From: Takakia lepidozioides
Lineage: Eukaryota > Plantae > Bryophyta
Direction: 5' to 3'
Assembly: GCA_030704615.1 (NCBI GenBank)
Contig: CM060732.1
Location: 66,402,001-66,466,000 of the forward strand
Length of the DNA: 64,000 nucleotides
Shown piece after piece: positions 1-12,615 of this stretch. The notes under the pieces are model-generated. The model saw only the letters and a list, made by a program, of their open reading frames with translations. It had not been told where the DNA came from and did not search any database. Every line of letters begins with the position of its first letter. The first letter of the stretch is position 1. The position numbers and the translations under genes are program-made.

Positions 1-386
1 CAGTAATCCATCCTACTGTTCATGGATAATGAACACACATGGAACCCACTCTGAATATTGAAGGGCCTCAACCACCGATGCTCATGTACAGACCCCCTAG
101 CCACCATAGAATTCGAAATCCTGGCTACATCGATTGCAGGTGTAGTCTTCATCGTAGGATGCAAAGATCCCACAGATTTGTTGCCCAGTGCTTGCGGCAT
201 GTCTACGAAGTGCAAGAGAGATGGTGAGCTTATCTCCTCTCTCGAAATGGTTTCGCCAGACAGTGGCTAAACCCACTGTAGTGCGGCTCAACATGGCGGA
301 ACTTCATTCTTTTGCACACTAGGCATTCTTCCTCCCAAGAGTCTGCAGAGGAGATCAAGGAAGAAGATCGGGGAAGAAAGACCATT

Positions 387-1107
387 ATGGCCAGCAGGGT
401 GGTAATGGGTAGGGCCAAAAGAGGCCTTTATGCTGGACGCCATATCCAGTTTGGCAACCAAGTCAGTGAAGACGGTGGCAACAAGTTAGTCACTCTTTTT
501 CTCCCTTGTTCTACTTTTGTGGGTTCATCTTGACTGGAACTGAAATCATGCCCGCTGACATTGCATCCTGTTCTTCCTGTTTTTTTAGCTTCTACCTGAA
601 CCACTTAACTCCCTGCATGAATTGTCTAACATTGTAGGGGTTAGTTCTAGGATTTGACTTACCCTTCGTAATACCATCGTTCTCTCTTGGAACCCTAAAC
701 CATGTGTACCTCTCTGGGAAATTTTCCGTATGATGGACTTACTACTCCAGTTATATGTGTGGGGTGATGGCAGAACAAGACGGACATGGAAACCTAATGT
801 ACAATCAAAACGGATCTTCAGTTTCGCACTTGACCGCCATATCCGCGTGAATATCACCACACATGCATTGCGATGCATTGACAAGGCTGGGGGCCTTGAT
901 GAGTATCTACTCACTACCCCTGCCCACAAGCTTGACAATGAGCAAGCCAGGCTGTGGCGGTCTGAGATTGCCTCAATCTATGCACAGCTGTACAACACAC
1001 AGATTTCTTCATTGAATGTGAAACCTGGTTTAGAGGGGCAGGTTCCTCGTCATATTGCTGCAAAGTTAAAAGGGGTTAGGTTAGAAGATTTGGATGCCTC
1101 AAACTAG
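387..1107 (+). CDS. Mitochondrial large-subunit ribosomal protein of the bL28 family (often annotated 54S L24); 2 exons, 387-484 and 774-1107, 143 aa
   Basis: Splicing at AA|GTTAGT (485) and CAG| (773) joins two ORFs into MASRVVMGRAKRGLYAGRHIQFGNQVSEDGGNK-TRRTWKPNVQSKRIFSFALDRHIRVNITTHALRCIDKAGGLDEYLL, the plant mitochondrial L28 signature. Stop TAG at 1105-1107. Confidence 0.93.
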
Positions 1108-1722
1108 TTAAAATCTTATGAATTGTGAACTCTCTGTTGATTCTCATTTGTATAATCAAAGGTCCTTTTTTTATCTCCTTAGGCAATTGTTGAAGCAAAT
1201 TAGATGGTACTATTTTAGAGTGACAGCTCCCAAGTGGAACATCCATAGTGATATGACAGTGACCACCCCATGACTTTGAGTCTGGACCTTGTGACAAGGC
1301 TTAATCCGCCGCAATCTGTATCATTCATGACATGCAAGTAATGTCTACTTTTGTAAGGATTCTTCTTTTGTTCAAAGGTTTCCAATAGCATGCCAGTGGG
1401 TACACGCACAGGTTACAAAGAGGGGACACCAGATTTTGTTAATAAACTGAAAAACAAAAACTGGAGGCTGGGGAATGGGGTTTTGGGCTCCGTGAAACGC
1501 GGTGAGGGTGATGGGGACTTAGCCGATTTTGCAAGTCCCCGCCCAGCCGCTCTACGTTGAACCTCCCATGCTCTCCTCTTCTGCTTACAGGTGTGATCAT
1601 CCTCCTTCAAGCTTTTCCCTCCTCTCCCTTCTTTCTTCATCCTGGAGATAAGGCTCTTCACTACCTTTGTCTTTGGTAAAGAGGAGAAAAAAGGGCTCTG
1701 GGCAGCTGTCTTCAATGCTGGT

Positions 1723-2280
1723 ATGCTGTTGGTGGAAAGAATTATCCACGATCAAAAAAGAAGTAAAGACGAAGGCCCATCGGGTGATCTGGTCTTCTCC
1801 CTCAGAGAGCTGGAAGCGGCAGCGACCCCCCTGGTGAGCTCTGCCTCTCCATTTTGCTGCAATAGGCCTTTCGCTCTATCTGGTGCTGTCCTAGCTAAGA
1901 GGAAGAGTATGCTCATAAGATTTCCTCCAAGACAAACAAAAGAAACCAACTATCCTACTACTCCCAGAAATGGATTCATATCTATTTCTGGGCCTGTCAT
2001 AGCTGTCATTCATTTTCTCTCTACGGCTTGCTGGCTGCAAACCTCCTTGGACAGGGATATCCTTCTGCACAGATCGCAGCTTTGGGCAGGTGATGCGTGC
2101 TGCATGCGAGACTTCATCCTAGCTATGCGACAGCGGCAAGCTGTCAGCTGGACAACAAATAATCACCCCTGCTTCTTCTTCATTTGGTTCTCCTTCTATT
2201 TGCGCTTCTGGTGCAGTTCTGCATACCAGCCATCAAATCATGATTGTTCAATCATGGGCTGCTATTTGTTTCATCCATGA
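1723..2280 (+). pseudogene. Possible C-terminal part of LINE ORF1
   Basis: 185-aa ORF whose TGA (2278-2280) overlaps the ORF2 ATG (2277-2279). No recognisable domain. Confidence 0.35.
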
Positions 2281-5200
2281 CATGGACGCTACACTCTTGG
2301 AATGTGCGAGGTATAGGCTCAGATGCCTCAGCACCAAAGCGTAGAAGGATAAAAAACTGGGCTTCTTCCCTGTCTGCTTCTTCAACAATAATCTTCCTTC
2401 CAGAGACAAAGCTGGACCTCTTTAAAATCAATTCTATTGGGAATTCATACTGGCCTGCGAATTAGTGTTAGTGGAATCCGACTGTTTCCTCCTCAAGAGG
2501 GGGCACGGCAATTCTGGTGTCACCTGCATTTTTTCCTTCCATCCATGAGGTGCAAATATGGGTACAGGGGAGAGTTCAATGTCTGTTCACTAAGCCTGAA
2601 TGTAGCTTTGGTATTTCGGCTTTCCTCAACATCTACGCCCCAAACTCCTCCTCGGAAAGGGCAGAGTTGTGGGACACCATTCGTGAAAAGGTTTTGACTC
2701 TCCCTCAAGTTACCAACTGGATTGTGGCTGGGGACTTCAACATGGTAGATAACTACAATGATAGGCTGGCTTACTCTTCGCAACTTCTCTCGGACTCTGA
2801 GCAAATTGCGTGGGACATGCTTTGCTTGTCTGTGGGGTTGGTGGATGTCTTCTCTGCTATTGCTGACAGCCTGAAGTATACTTGGTCAAACATGAGGCTC
2901 CCCCCCAATCTCAGCATGGCAAGGTTGGACAGAGTATACTGTTCCCATTCACCTTTATCTTGGTCGCAATGTCTCCCTCAAGGCCCTATCCTCCCAGATT
3001 TCGATCATGCGGAAGTTGCCATCTCATTCACCCCCCCTGGTTCATACTCGAGAGGACGGGGCTACTTCAAGCTCAACACGGCAATTTTTTAAAATGGGGA
3101 CAATCTGAATGCCTTGAAGCAGGTCTGGCTGCAGATGGGGAATGGCTTCACATCACCGACTGCTTCTTTCCTTCACAAGCTCATGGCCACTAGGGCTAAG
3201 GCGCAAACACTCTCCCGAGCTCTTGCATTGGAACGAACCAGAAGACAAAAAGCGCTGGAAAAATGCTTGAAACACTGTCAAAGGAGGTTAGAGGAGGGCA
3301 GATCTGATGAAGTAACAATGGATTCATACCTTATGGCTAAGAGAAATCTGAAAGCCCTGTCCGCTGAAGTTGAGAACTTCATGAGAGTAAGAGCAGGGAT
3401 CAACTGGTCAATGAAAGGCGAAAAGATGAATGCTTATTTTTCCTCAAAACGAAGCAGCGAAGAGAGGCAACGCAAATCAGCTTTATCTAAAGCTCCAATG
3501 GTGAAGCCATAGCTAAACCTAAAAAGATGGCTGAGGAGGCAGCCTCCTACTTCTCTGCCCTTTTTGCCAAAGTCCCAAAAATCAGGGTTGAAAGCTCCAG
3601 AGCAGTACTTGGCTCCTTTCCCTCACCCCTTTCTGTGGAAGACCAGACTGAGCTTTCCAAGCCTTTCTCAAATATGGAGCTGCTTCAAGCAACGGAGTCC
3701 TTGAGCTCTATGAAGACTCCCGGGCTTGATGGCTTGCCTGTGGAATTCTTCAAAGAGATGTGGGGGTGTATTGGAGATGATTTTCTGCACATGGCCAATG
3801 ACATACTCCTCAAAGGGATCATGCCCTCGCAAATCGTGCAAGGTGTTATAACTCTGGTGTACAAGAAAGTGAACAGGGACAATCTTTCTAATTACAGGCC
3901 GATTACTCTTTTGAACTCCTCATACAAGATCCTGGCAAAGGCTCTTGCCCTTCGGCTGCAACCCCTGCTGCCTAGGCTCATCAGGCCAGAGCAATCGGGC
4001 TTCCTCCAAAAAAGGATGATTTTGGATAACATATTGCTTACAAACGAGGACCTTTATACTGCTCAATCTGCTCATCAGCCATAAGCTCTACTCATGCTTG
4101 ACTTCCAAAAGGCATTCGACAATATCAATTGGGAGTATTTGTTGGGAGCCTTGGAAGCCTTGGGTATAGTTGGGAGCTTTCGTTCTTGGATTAGTATCCT
4201 CCTCTCTTCTACTTCTAGTAGAGTCATGGTTAACGGAGCTCTGTCTAAATCTTTCCCCCTCTTTAGATCTGTTCGCCAAGGATGCCCCTTAGCGCCTTTT
4301 CTGTTTCTTATTGCTGCTGATGGCTTAGGCCATCTCATGAATAGAAGAAACAATTCTCTAGGTCTTCGAATCCCTCACTCCCCTTCTTTGGATCCTTCCT
4401 CCTCTATCAGATCCTCTGTATATGCTGATGACACTTCCCTGTACATAGACAACAGCTCCCTTGACAATGTTAACTCTACCCTTGATTCCCTTTCCTGTCT
4501 CTGTGAGGCTTCTGGGTTAAAGATTAACTGGGAGAAATCAGTGGGTTTGCTGAGCCTCATCCCTCATGGTTCTTCTGCGGTTCACTGTGACCCTTGGGGA
4601 GAGAATCTAGGCCTGAAGTGGCTGGAGGATGGACAAATGCATGAATGCCTTGGACATCAGATCAGTCATGGGGTATCTGATGAGTGCCGCTTTGCTGCTG
4701 TCATCTCCAAAATAAAAAGGAAGTTGGCATATTGGAGTTCCCTTCATTTAACTATTTGGGGAAGGTGATTATAGCCAATCAGGTGATCCTGGCCTCATCC
4801 TGGTTTTATGCTGCTGTATGGTCCCCTGGAAGTCCCATCATCAAAAAAATCAAAGCAATGGTTCGCAATTTTATATGGGGGGGCCACCTCAGTCTCTGCA
4901 AACAAGAGAGCCCTGGTTAGTTGGGCCCAGCTCTGTCAAAAGAAAAAGAACGGCGGCCTTGGAGTTATTGACCCCCAAGCTCAGATCATTACCCTTTTGG
5001 CAAAATGGGTCCCTCAGATCTTCACAAGCTTTCAGAGCCCTTGGAGTAGGCTGGTGAGACATCACATTGCTGTTGCGATCCCTAAATCCAGTTCCTTGTG
5101 GCCTTCTTCCCTTAAATGGATGGTTCAGGGGGGAATTACAAACGTCAAGCCAGGGATTGGATCTAAGGCATGGCAGACGATTTGGTCTGCTTGGTGCAAG

Positions 5201-6745
5201 ATGAGGAACTACTTGGTCCAAACGATGCCATCCTCCTATGATGAGGTGATGTGGCAGCCCCTCTTTGGGAATTTTAATCGGGACTCAGAGGAACTTGTCA
5301 TTTGCTCCCAAAGATGGTCGCATTGGGAGAATGCAGGCCTATCCCATATGATGCATGCACTTTTGGGATGATGTTACCAACTCGCCGATCAGTCCTGAGA
5401 TCGCAGCAAACGGTTTTTCTGCCAAAAGGGTGGCGTCTGGTTGGCAGGCTTTTATGGGTGCAGGCTCCCGCAAAGGTGGCTTCAGCTGCTGGCTGATAAG
5501 CAAAACCTGTCGCTTCCCAGGTGGAGGGGACTTCACGCTGAAGCCGGCCCTAAAGCTATGTATGTCACTGCCCTTGTGGATGATCAGTACCGAGGCACTT
5601 CCTTTTTTGTGCATAGCAATGGGTTATTAACCTGCCCCAAGGACGATCATCTACCAGCCAATGAGAACTGGTTTGATATAAGAGTGATCTCCTCAGCCTC
5701 TGGTAAATCAAACCCTCACCCCCCAATTCTGCTGCAGCACTATGATTCTTCTTTCTTCTGGTTCCTCAGTGCTCCAGTAAGACTGCTGCAATTCGATCCT
5801 GCTGAATGGATGTGGATGTTGAAGAAGCATGATCCTTTTTTTGCCTACACCGTGAGAATTGGTTACTCCCTTCTCGTGCCTAAGCAATCATTTCAAAGGA
5901 AATGGTCGAGAAAATGGTCTCACCATCTTGGCCAATCAATCCCGTGGAACCTGGTTTGGGCAGATATTTGGGAGAAGCATTGAGCTTCAAAAATCTCCGC
6001 CTTTTTGTGGAGAGTGGCGAATAGAATCCTCCCTGTAGGCTGCATCACTAACGACCCACCCTCCCCCTGTATGGTCTGCAGTACGAACACTCCAGAAGAT
6101 CTGGAGCACTGCCTTCTCTATTGCCCTTTTGCACAGGCAGTCTGGTTCCGTGCTACAGCTCTCTATGACTTTTGGAACAAGGATCTATTCTACACTCCCT
6201 CTGCTCTTCTCCTCAATGTTAAAGATGGGAGATCTTTTTGTTCCTGTCCGTTCTGGGAGTCGCTTAGAGGTATCATGTTGTGGAATATATGGAAGATGAG
6301 GTGCTCTTCTGTTTTTCGGAGTGAAATGCCTAGTCTGCAAAAGATTTTGCTTTTAGCTCACTCAGACTTGAAGTCTGAAGCTCGAAAAGCCTGGTGTCTT
6401 CTTGTGGCAGCCACTGCTAAGTGTACAATCAGGAGAAAGGATCAGCTCCTCGCAGACTTCGACAGTTCCTGGGGTAAAGGGGGGTTCTTCTGCAGGAGGA
6501 TTGACGACACTCGGATCCAATGGTATGAAGACCTCCCAGCCTGCTGGCAGCTGGCAGTGACATCATCATCAAGGACTCTCCACTGGTGGAGGAGGATATG
6601 GAGGTCAATTGTCCAGAGGCACAAAAGAAGTAGCAGAAGGGGAAATCTAAAACTCAACTTTCTCTTGAGGCCCCCAAGAGGAAACGAGGCAGTCTGTAGA
6701 TCACTGTTCATAGTTGTTTGGCTCTTGGAATTTCCCTTTGCCTGA
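2277..6745 (+). pseudogene. LINE ORF2 (APE endonuclease, reverse transcriptase, C-terminal zf-RVT) with several frameshifts and stops
   Basis: EN motifs SWNVRG, ETKL, NIYAP, GDFN, RLDR, DH. RT motifs PGLDG, NYRPITLLNSSYKILAK, LDFQKAFD, RQGCPLAP, YADD. Zinc knuckle CMVC..EDLEHCLLYC. Split over at least 7 ORFs. Confidence 0.92.
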
Positions 6746-8038
6746 CTTGGTCTCATACCTGCAGACTTTTTGTTATCACCTTATTGTTTTTCCAATCAGT
6801 TCCTCATGATTGACTCTTTGGTGATAGGCTCTGGTCTCTACTTTGGAACTCTAGGCTCTGGATCTCTGGAGGCTGTTGTAGCTAGTGCTGCTCATGTGCA
6901 GCTGTACTCTCTTCTCCTGCTTTTCTTCCCTCTCCCTTAGGGCTGTTGGTTCAGACTGGAACCTCGATTTTCTGCCTCATGGCTTCTGTAAGGTTATTTT
7001 TTCCTTACTCCTCTTCAATAAATTTTACAGGGCTACAATCCCCCTGTTCTTAAATAAATTTATATTTATAAAATAAAATAAAATAAAAGAGGGAGAGCCT
7101 AGAGGTTTAAGGCTTGAAACACAAAGAAGGGCAGCCCACAGTGCCTCGGTGAGGCTTCCCTAGGTGGACTTACTAGTAAGATGAACAATAACTACTAACA
7201 ATTTGCACCTTTTTTAGCCTCTCCTCGGTGGACTTACTAATAAAATTGCTATACCTATCAGTAATCTCTGGCAGATTCTCTATTCATAATTTGTACCTTT
7301 CAGGCTTTGTGAGCCTCTCCTAGGTGTTAGTAATAAAATTACCCCTAATTATCAGTAATTTCTGCCTTTCTTTTGACAGGCATTTTTTTCTCATTGCCTT
7401 TGTTTTGACAGGCAGATTTTTTTTTTGCCTTTTTTTGCCTGTCAAATGCTTGTGACAGGTGCAAAAATCAGCTAGTATGTATGTCATGAGCCTCATCATG
7501 GCCCACTTGACCCCTTTCACAAATCTCATGAATGGGGGCTCCCCCTCCTCATGTAGGAACATGATTTCAACTCCTCACTTTATTACAAGGGTGCAAGGGT
7601 CTGGTTGCGGTCTCCCATTTTACATTTGTCCTGTTTGCCAGGGCTTCTGAGACTTGCTTCATCATGTAAGGTTGGGGGAAACATTCCCTGGTACTCATAA
7701 CTGAGGCATTAGGTCATGAGCCTTTCTTAATGCCCGCATACCTGTTTCAGCTCATGAGAAATACTCTTTCCCCCTTTTCTATATGGCAAAGATTCTCTAG
7801 CCATATGGAGTAAGTCTAAGGTCGGTGTCTCCTCTTGTCCTATTTGCATCAGGATTTCTAGGACTTGCATGCATGCCCTTGTACTCAAAAAGTCTGAGAC
7901 TTTGGTGGAGCCTTAATTGCAGGGTTCACATGTCCCTGTTGACTGACCTATTGTGAGAGACACTTCTCCCTCCTTGTAGAGCACGGAAATTTTATCTCAG
8001 GACCTTAATTGAACTCTGCAATGGCAGATGACCCCGAA

Positions 8039-11000
8039 TTATTTCTTTGATAATTTTTGTAGGTGTTCTGAGACGCTTGTCATCTTGGGCCTTGCATCTG
8101 GGTTCAAGGCAGTACATGTCACGGCCACCTGAATCAAAAGGAGACAATGAAGATCAGTAATAACAAGGCGCCAAATTGGGATGCCCATCAACAAGAAAAG
8201 GCCAAACATTAGCGCACTTGAGGAAAGCACGATCTTCTGATTATACTACAACGGATTTTCATCAAGCTTGTCTTTCCACGGCGTCACCGCTGCCAATGAG
8301 TATGCTGGTACAATGCTGTTGAGCAATCACTGACCTGAAGAGCTTCAAGCAATTCTCCAACGACGGCACCTGCAATCAAAAGAGGATCGAAAATCTCGTA
8401 GGGTGGCCTCTTCTCGTGGAGCAGAAAAAGTACCCAATTCACTAGATCGAGTTCTTCACTTTCCAGCTGGAAAGCTCGCCGAACAGGTAACTTACCAGAG
8501 GCACACCTTCCTGTGAGAAGCTCCAGCAGTACCACACCGAAGGAGTAGACATCCCATTTTTGATTGGGCTTGTTTGAATCCAACGACTCTGGTGCCCTAT
8601 AAGGCTCAGCCACCGTAAGGCTTCTTGGCTTTGCGGATTCTGCCAAAACAAAAATCCTCTCAGCAACAATGTGGGCTCGGAAAACACTGAGTGTAACTGG
8701 AAAAGAAGGATGTTGAGGTAGTGCACAGCAAGCAAACCAACCTGGGTAGCCGAGAGAGAGCTGAGAAGCTGCGGAGACTCTGTTGAGGGAAAAGTCGCTA
8801 CTAATGCTGCACAACGATATGACGTCCCATTCAGTAAGGTTGATGAGATGTTGAAGACCGAAGTCTGAAATGCGAGGTTCCATCAACTCATCCAACAGGA
8901 TGTTGCTCGGTTTGATGTCTCCATGCACATACTTGCGGGGGCTTACTTCGTGCAGATGAGCCAGCCCCAGAGCTACCCCCTTGGCTATACGCAGCCTCGT
9001 GCTCCAGTCGAAGAGTTCCCTTCTAGCCTTCACTGCGTTCAAATCCCAACGGCCCATAAGCTAGTCCTGAGGTTTGACTAGAATCCACTTGAGAGAGAAA
9101 CAAAGAGGAACAAGAAAGGAAGGAGTTTCCCGCGAAAAGCCCAAAGATAGCACAAACAAAAGCATCAAAGAGAGAAAGGAAGTTGAACTCACCGTGGAAG
9201 GTTGTCTGCAGGCTGCCACCGCTGATGAAGTCATAAATCAACAGCTTCTCCTCGAGAGCCCATGAATATGCGTGCAGGGCCACAATATTGTCATGCCGCA
9301 CCTGTGCTATGATTCTAACCTCTGCATCGAACTCTTTATAGTGCTGCTCACCGCCTTCCCCAAGTCTTCTAACGGCAACAGTTGTCCCACCCTCAAGCAC
9401 CGTCCTATACACTATTCCTACCCTACTTTTTCCCAATAGATGGGCTGAGGCTCGCAGAAGATCAGTCAATTTGAACGTCAGCTGATCGTCCAGGTGAACC
9501 ATTTTCCCATTGACCACTGCCTCAGACGAATTGGAATCCCCATTCGGCTTGGCCTCCCCCACATCAAAGCAAGGACATGCATCTACCCAAGTAGGGCGGT
9601 ACTTTACCTTGTCCTTGTTCTTCCTGTGGGAGTTCCTCCACCAACAGTATAGAAGTAGGAGAACCATGAAAACTCCACCCAGTGTAATTGCCGCAGCAAT
9701 CGCAATAAGGGCAACTCTGCGCTTTCCAGCCTTAGGACTAGCTGCCGCATTGGGTGTGGGAGAGGGCGTAGCGGCAGGTGTGGAAGAGGGTGTCGGGGCA
9801 GGCGCTTGCACACATACAGTTTGCAAGGGAGGACCACACAGGCCAGGGTTTCCAAGAAAGGCAGCTGGACTCTGGTTTTGTAGGGCCAAGGGAATCCGTC
9901 CAGTCAGGTTGTTGTTGCTCAGATCCAGACTTCGATTTACTGTAAGGTTTCCCAAAGAAGAAGGGATGGGACCGGAGAGGTGGTTGTGCGAGAGATTTAG
10001 TGTGCCCTGCAAGTGTCAGCAACGTCGAATGTTTCAGAGTGGTTCTGTATCTCCCCCCCCCCCTCTCTCTCTCTTATTTCATAAATTCTGCTCTGTTTTG
10101 TGCTGTTTCTTTCTCTCTACCTGTAGAGGTAGTAAATTGTGTCTTGCCCCATAACTACACATCTCGCCTATCACTTGAGCACGAAAGAAGGGAGGCCCTC
10201 CAGAGATTAGTTTATGTGCCACAGTCCAGAACTCTTGGTATCTAAACATTCACAAAGTCTACCACCCAGGCATTACTGTCGGCCACCACAATGACTCGGG
10301 GCGAGCTGCAGTCAATCTGTTTTATCAACTTGCGCAACACTTGAAATTAAATGTGACATCATTTTTGAACTACAATCCGGTAGTTCAAACTCTCAGATGA
10401 TGTGGTCAGAAGAAGGAATTACCTGCAGTTTTATGAGGTCTTCGAAATCTGAAGGAATTTCCCCGTTTAGCTGATTTGACGAGAGATCTAGCTGACGAAG
10501 GTCCGGTAGGCTTGTCCCTAGCCCGAGAGGAAGTGGACCCGAAATGTTGTTTCCACCCAAGATTAGTTTGAAGAGCCGCGGGCAGTTTGTGATCATTCCA
10601 CTAGCTAAAGATCCAGTCAATGCATTGTTAGCTAAATCGAGAACATGTAGTCGACTGAGCTTTCCAATATCGGGGGGAAGGTCTCCTGTCAAATTATTGC
10701 CAGAGAGAACGATTCTCTCGAGGTACGTAGCATTAAATAATCCCGGGGGCAGGGGACCATTGAAACGATTATCATGCAGAGATAAGGACTTCAGGTAGGT
10801 GAGTGCGCCTAGCTCGGGGGAGACAGTGCCCAGCAGATTCTTCCTGGAACAGTATCAGTAGAGGCTCAAGTAAGCATTCACCTAGTGGACATCTGATGAC
10901 AGAAGGGTAGATTGATCAGATGCTATCTTCGACTTCTGTCTTCTCCAATAGCAATGCCACGAATGTGTCATGTCTTCGTGACAAGACCAGAGCAAAATGT

Positions 11001-11697
11001 AGGTACAGGCGATCTAGATGAAGATACAGGCGTGGATTCTATCGACTCTTGTCCAGAGGACATTCTTGTTGCATCCACTAAAGAACTTTAATATCTTCCC
11101 GGGAAATATGAATTTGTCAGTACATACAAGTAGTCACCAGCTGATCAGTGAACAATATATTGGACGTCACATTAATTCAAACGTGCTGCAACAAATAAAT
11201 CGTGTTGTGAAAGGATGTGGGACTCCGTGTTTACGAAGATCGATGCTGACAAGTATCGACGCCCTTGCCGATTAGTGTCAAGATGACCACAAATTCAACC
11301 AACTTATGGCTGCCAGCTAGTTTTTGAACTTGTACACTAAAAGTAGTTATAGCCCGAGGACTAGCGTGAAGAAAGCTCACCTGACAATAGTGATGTTTTG
11401 CACCCGTTGTTCGGACGAGCCCGGGAAGGATGCGCAGTGAACGCCTGTCCACCTACAGGGTGTAACGTCTGCTGGATTCCAGTTCTGGAAAACTATGGAG
11501 GTGCTGGTGATGGCGTTTTGAAATGCCAGCAGAGCAATTCCGTCTGAGTTCAAACCGGTTGCAGGTGACAGAGTTGCGGCTAGTAACGAGGCCCATATAG
11601 AAAATCCAAGTGCTCTTTTGTACTTGGAAGTGAATGTCGCAGTGGTCTTTGATCGTGCCCATAACCTTGAAATCAGTGAACCTGCCTCTTTGGTCAT
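8039..11697 (-). CDS. LRR receptor-like kinase, LRR-III subfamily (ZAR1-like); 6 exons: 11697-11381, 10843-10423, 10006-9193, 9032-8742, 8639-8335, 8128-8039
   Basis: Signal peptide then [11 protein letters not shown] and LRRNT (PCRWTGVHC), LRRs with [22 protein letters not shown] cap, Pro-rich linker and TM helix. Kinase motifs [58 protein letters not shown]. All introns are GT-AG and phase-compatible. Confidence 0.93.
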
Positions 11698-12592
11698 CTT
11701 CAAGAAGTTGTATATTCTCCAAAAACAATGCGGAATCTTTATCGCATATATGCATCAACTAGAGTCTTATTTCTAAGGACCCTAGCTTGTAGAACGTGTT
11801 GCTTAATGTCCGCTTAATGTCTTGTTGGGGCCTGATACAGGTTTTGGCTGGACTGAAGTCTGTCTTCCAATTTAATATTTACCTAAGGAACAAGCTTGTA
11901 GCGATTCCACCACCTTTTCTGGTTCCAAGTGCCCTCACCAGCGTCCGAAATTAGGAGATCAATTAAATTGTTGAGGATTTAACCTGTCCACAAAGCTTTA
12001 GATATGTGGCTCAGATCCAGATGCAACCTGTGACTAAGCTGATTAAAAGGTAAACAGCTCGATTGTCTGCATGGTTCCTGGCAGATGTGGCGGACCAATG
12101 TGCTCGAGAGCAGGTTTACCGATGGCATTATTGTATCCAATGCGGACTTCCCTGTAAGACAAGCGCTTCCGACGCCTTCCACACCCCACCAGATAATTCA
12201 AATCACTCATTGTGGCCCTTTCTTTTGGGTCCTCATTAGCTCATCGCTGAGCCCCTGCTATTCTGCTTGTAGTTGTCCAGGATCTCTATCAAACTCCTCC
12301 GATAGCACCTACCTCGGGCCGGATTTCCCCCTGCCCAACATCGCGAGATTGGATAAATATCAACCGCTACCTATCCATACTCGCCTTCAATTAGATTTAT
12401 ACCTATATCTCAACCTGTAGCCGAGTCCATTCTTCACCTTTTAATTGCAGCTCCTCCATTAGCGTAGTGCACGAAGGAGGGGGGCATGGGGACACTAGAG
12501 ATACAGATGAGACAGCTTCAAATCCCGAGGGAGCATAGAAGCGCGCACCCACCAACGCCACGTGCACTACAGTTAGGGAGTGTTGTGTAGTA

Positions 12593-12615
12593 AGAGAGAG
12601 AGAGAGAGAGAGAGA
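12593..12615. repeat. (AG)n microsatellite upstream of the RLK
   Basis: About 11 AG units. Confidence 0.9.

Larger units (their letters stand above)
1430..7088 (+). mobile_element. Non-LTR retrotransposon (LINE, L1/Tx1-like), decayed; 5' boundary approximate
   Basis: EN-RT-zinc finger ORF2 in fragments, an upstream ORF ending at the ORF2 start, and an A-rich (AAATA)n tail at about 7051-7088 preceded by AATAAA. Confidence 0.88.

Noticed and set aside
1-300. Short ORFs at the window start, as a possible divergent gene
   Set aside because: No recognisable motif and truncated context.
1416-7093. LINE target-site duplication AAAGAGGG (about 1417 and about 7086)
   Set aside because: Only an 8-bp purine-rich match that could arise by chance. 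Used only as a rough 5' boundary.
9510-10154. 214-aa plus-strand ORF and other antisense ORFs over the RLK, LINE, hAT, Sola and MULE regions
   Set aside because: Shadow frames of genuine coding sequence on the opposite strand.
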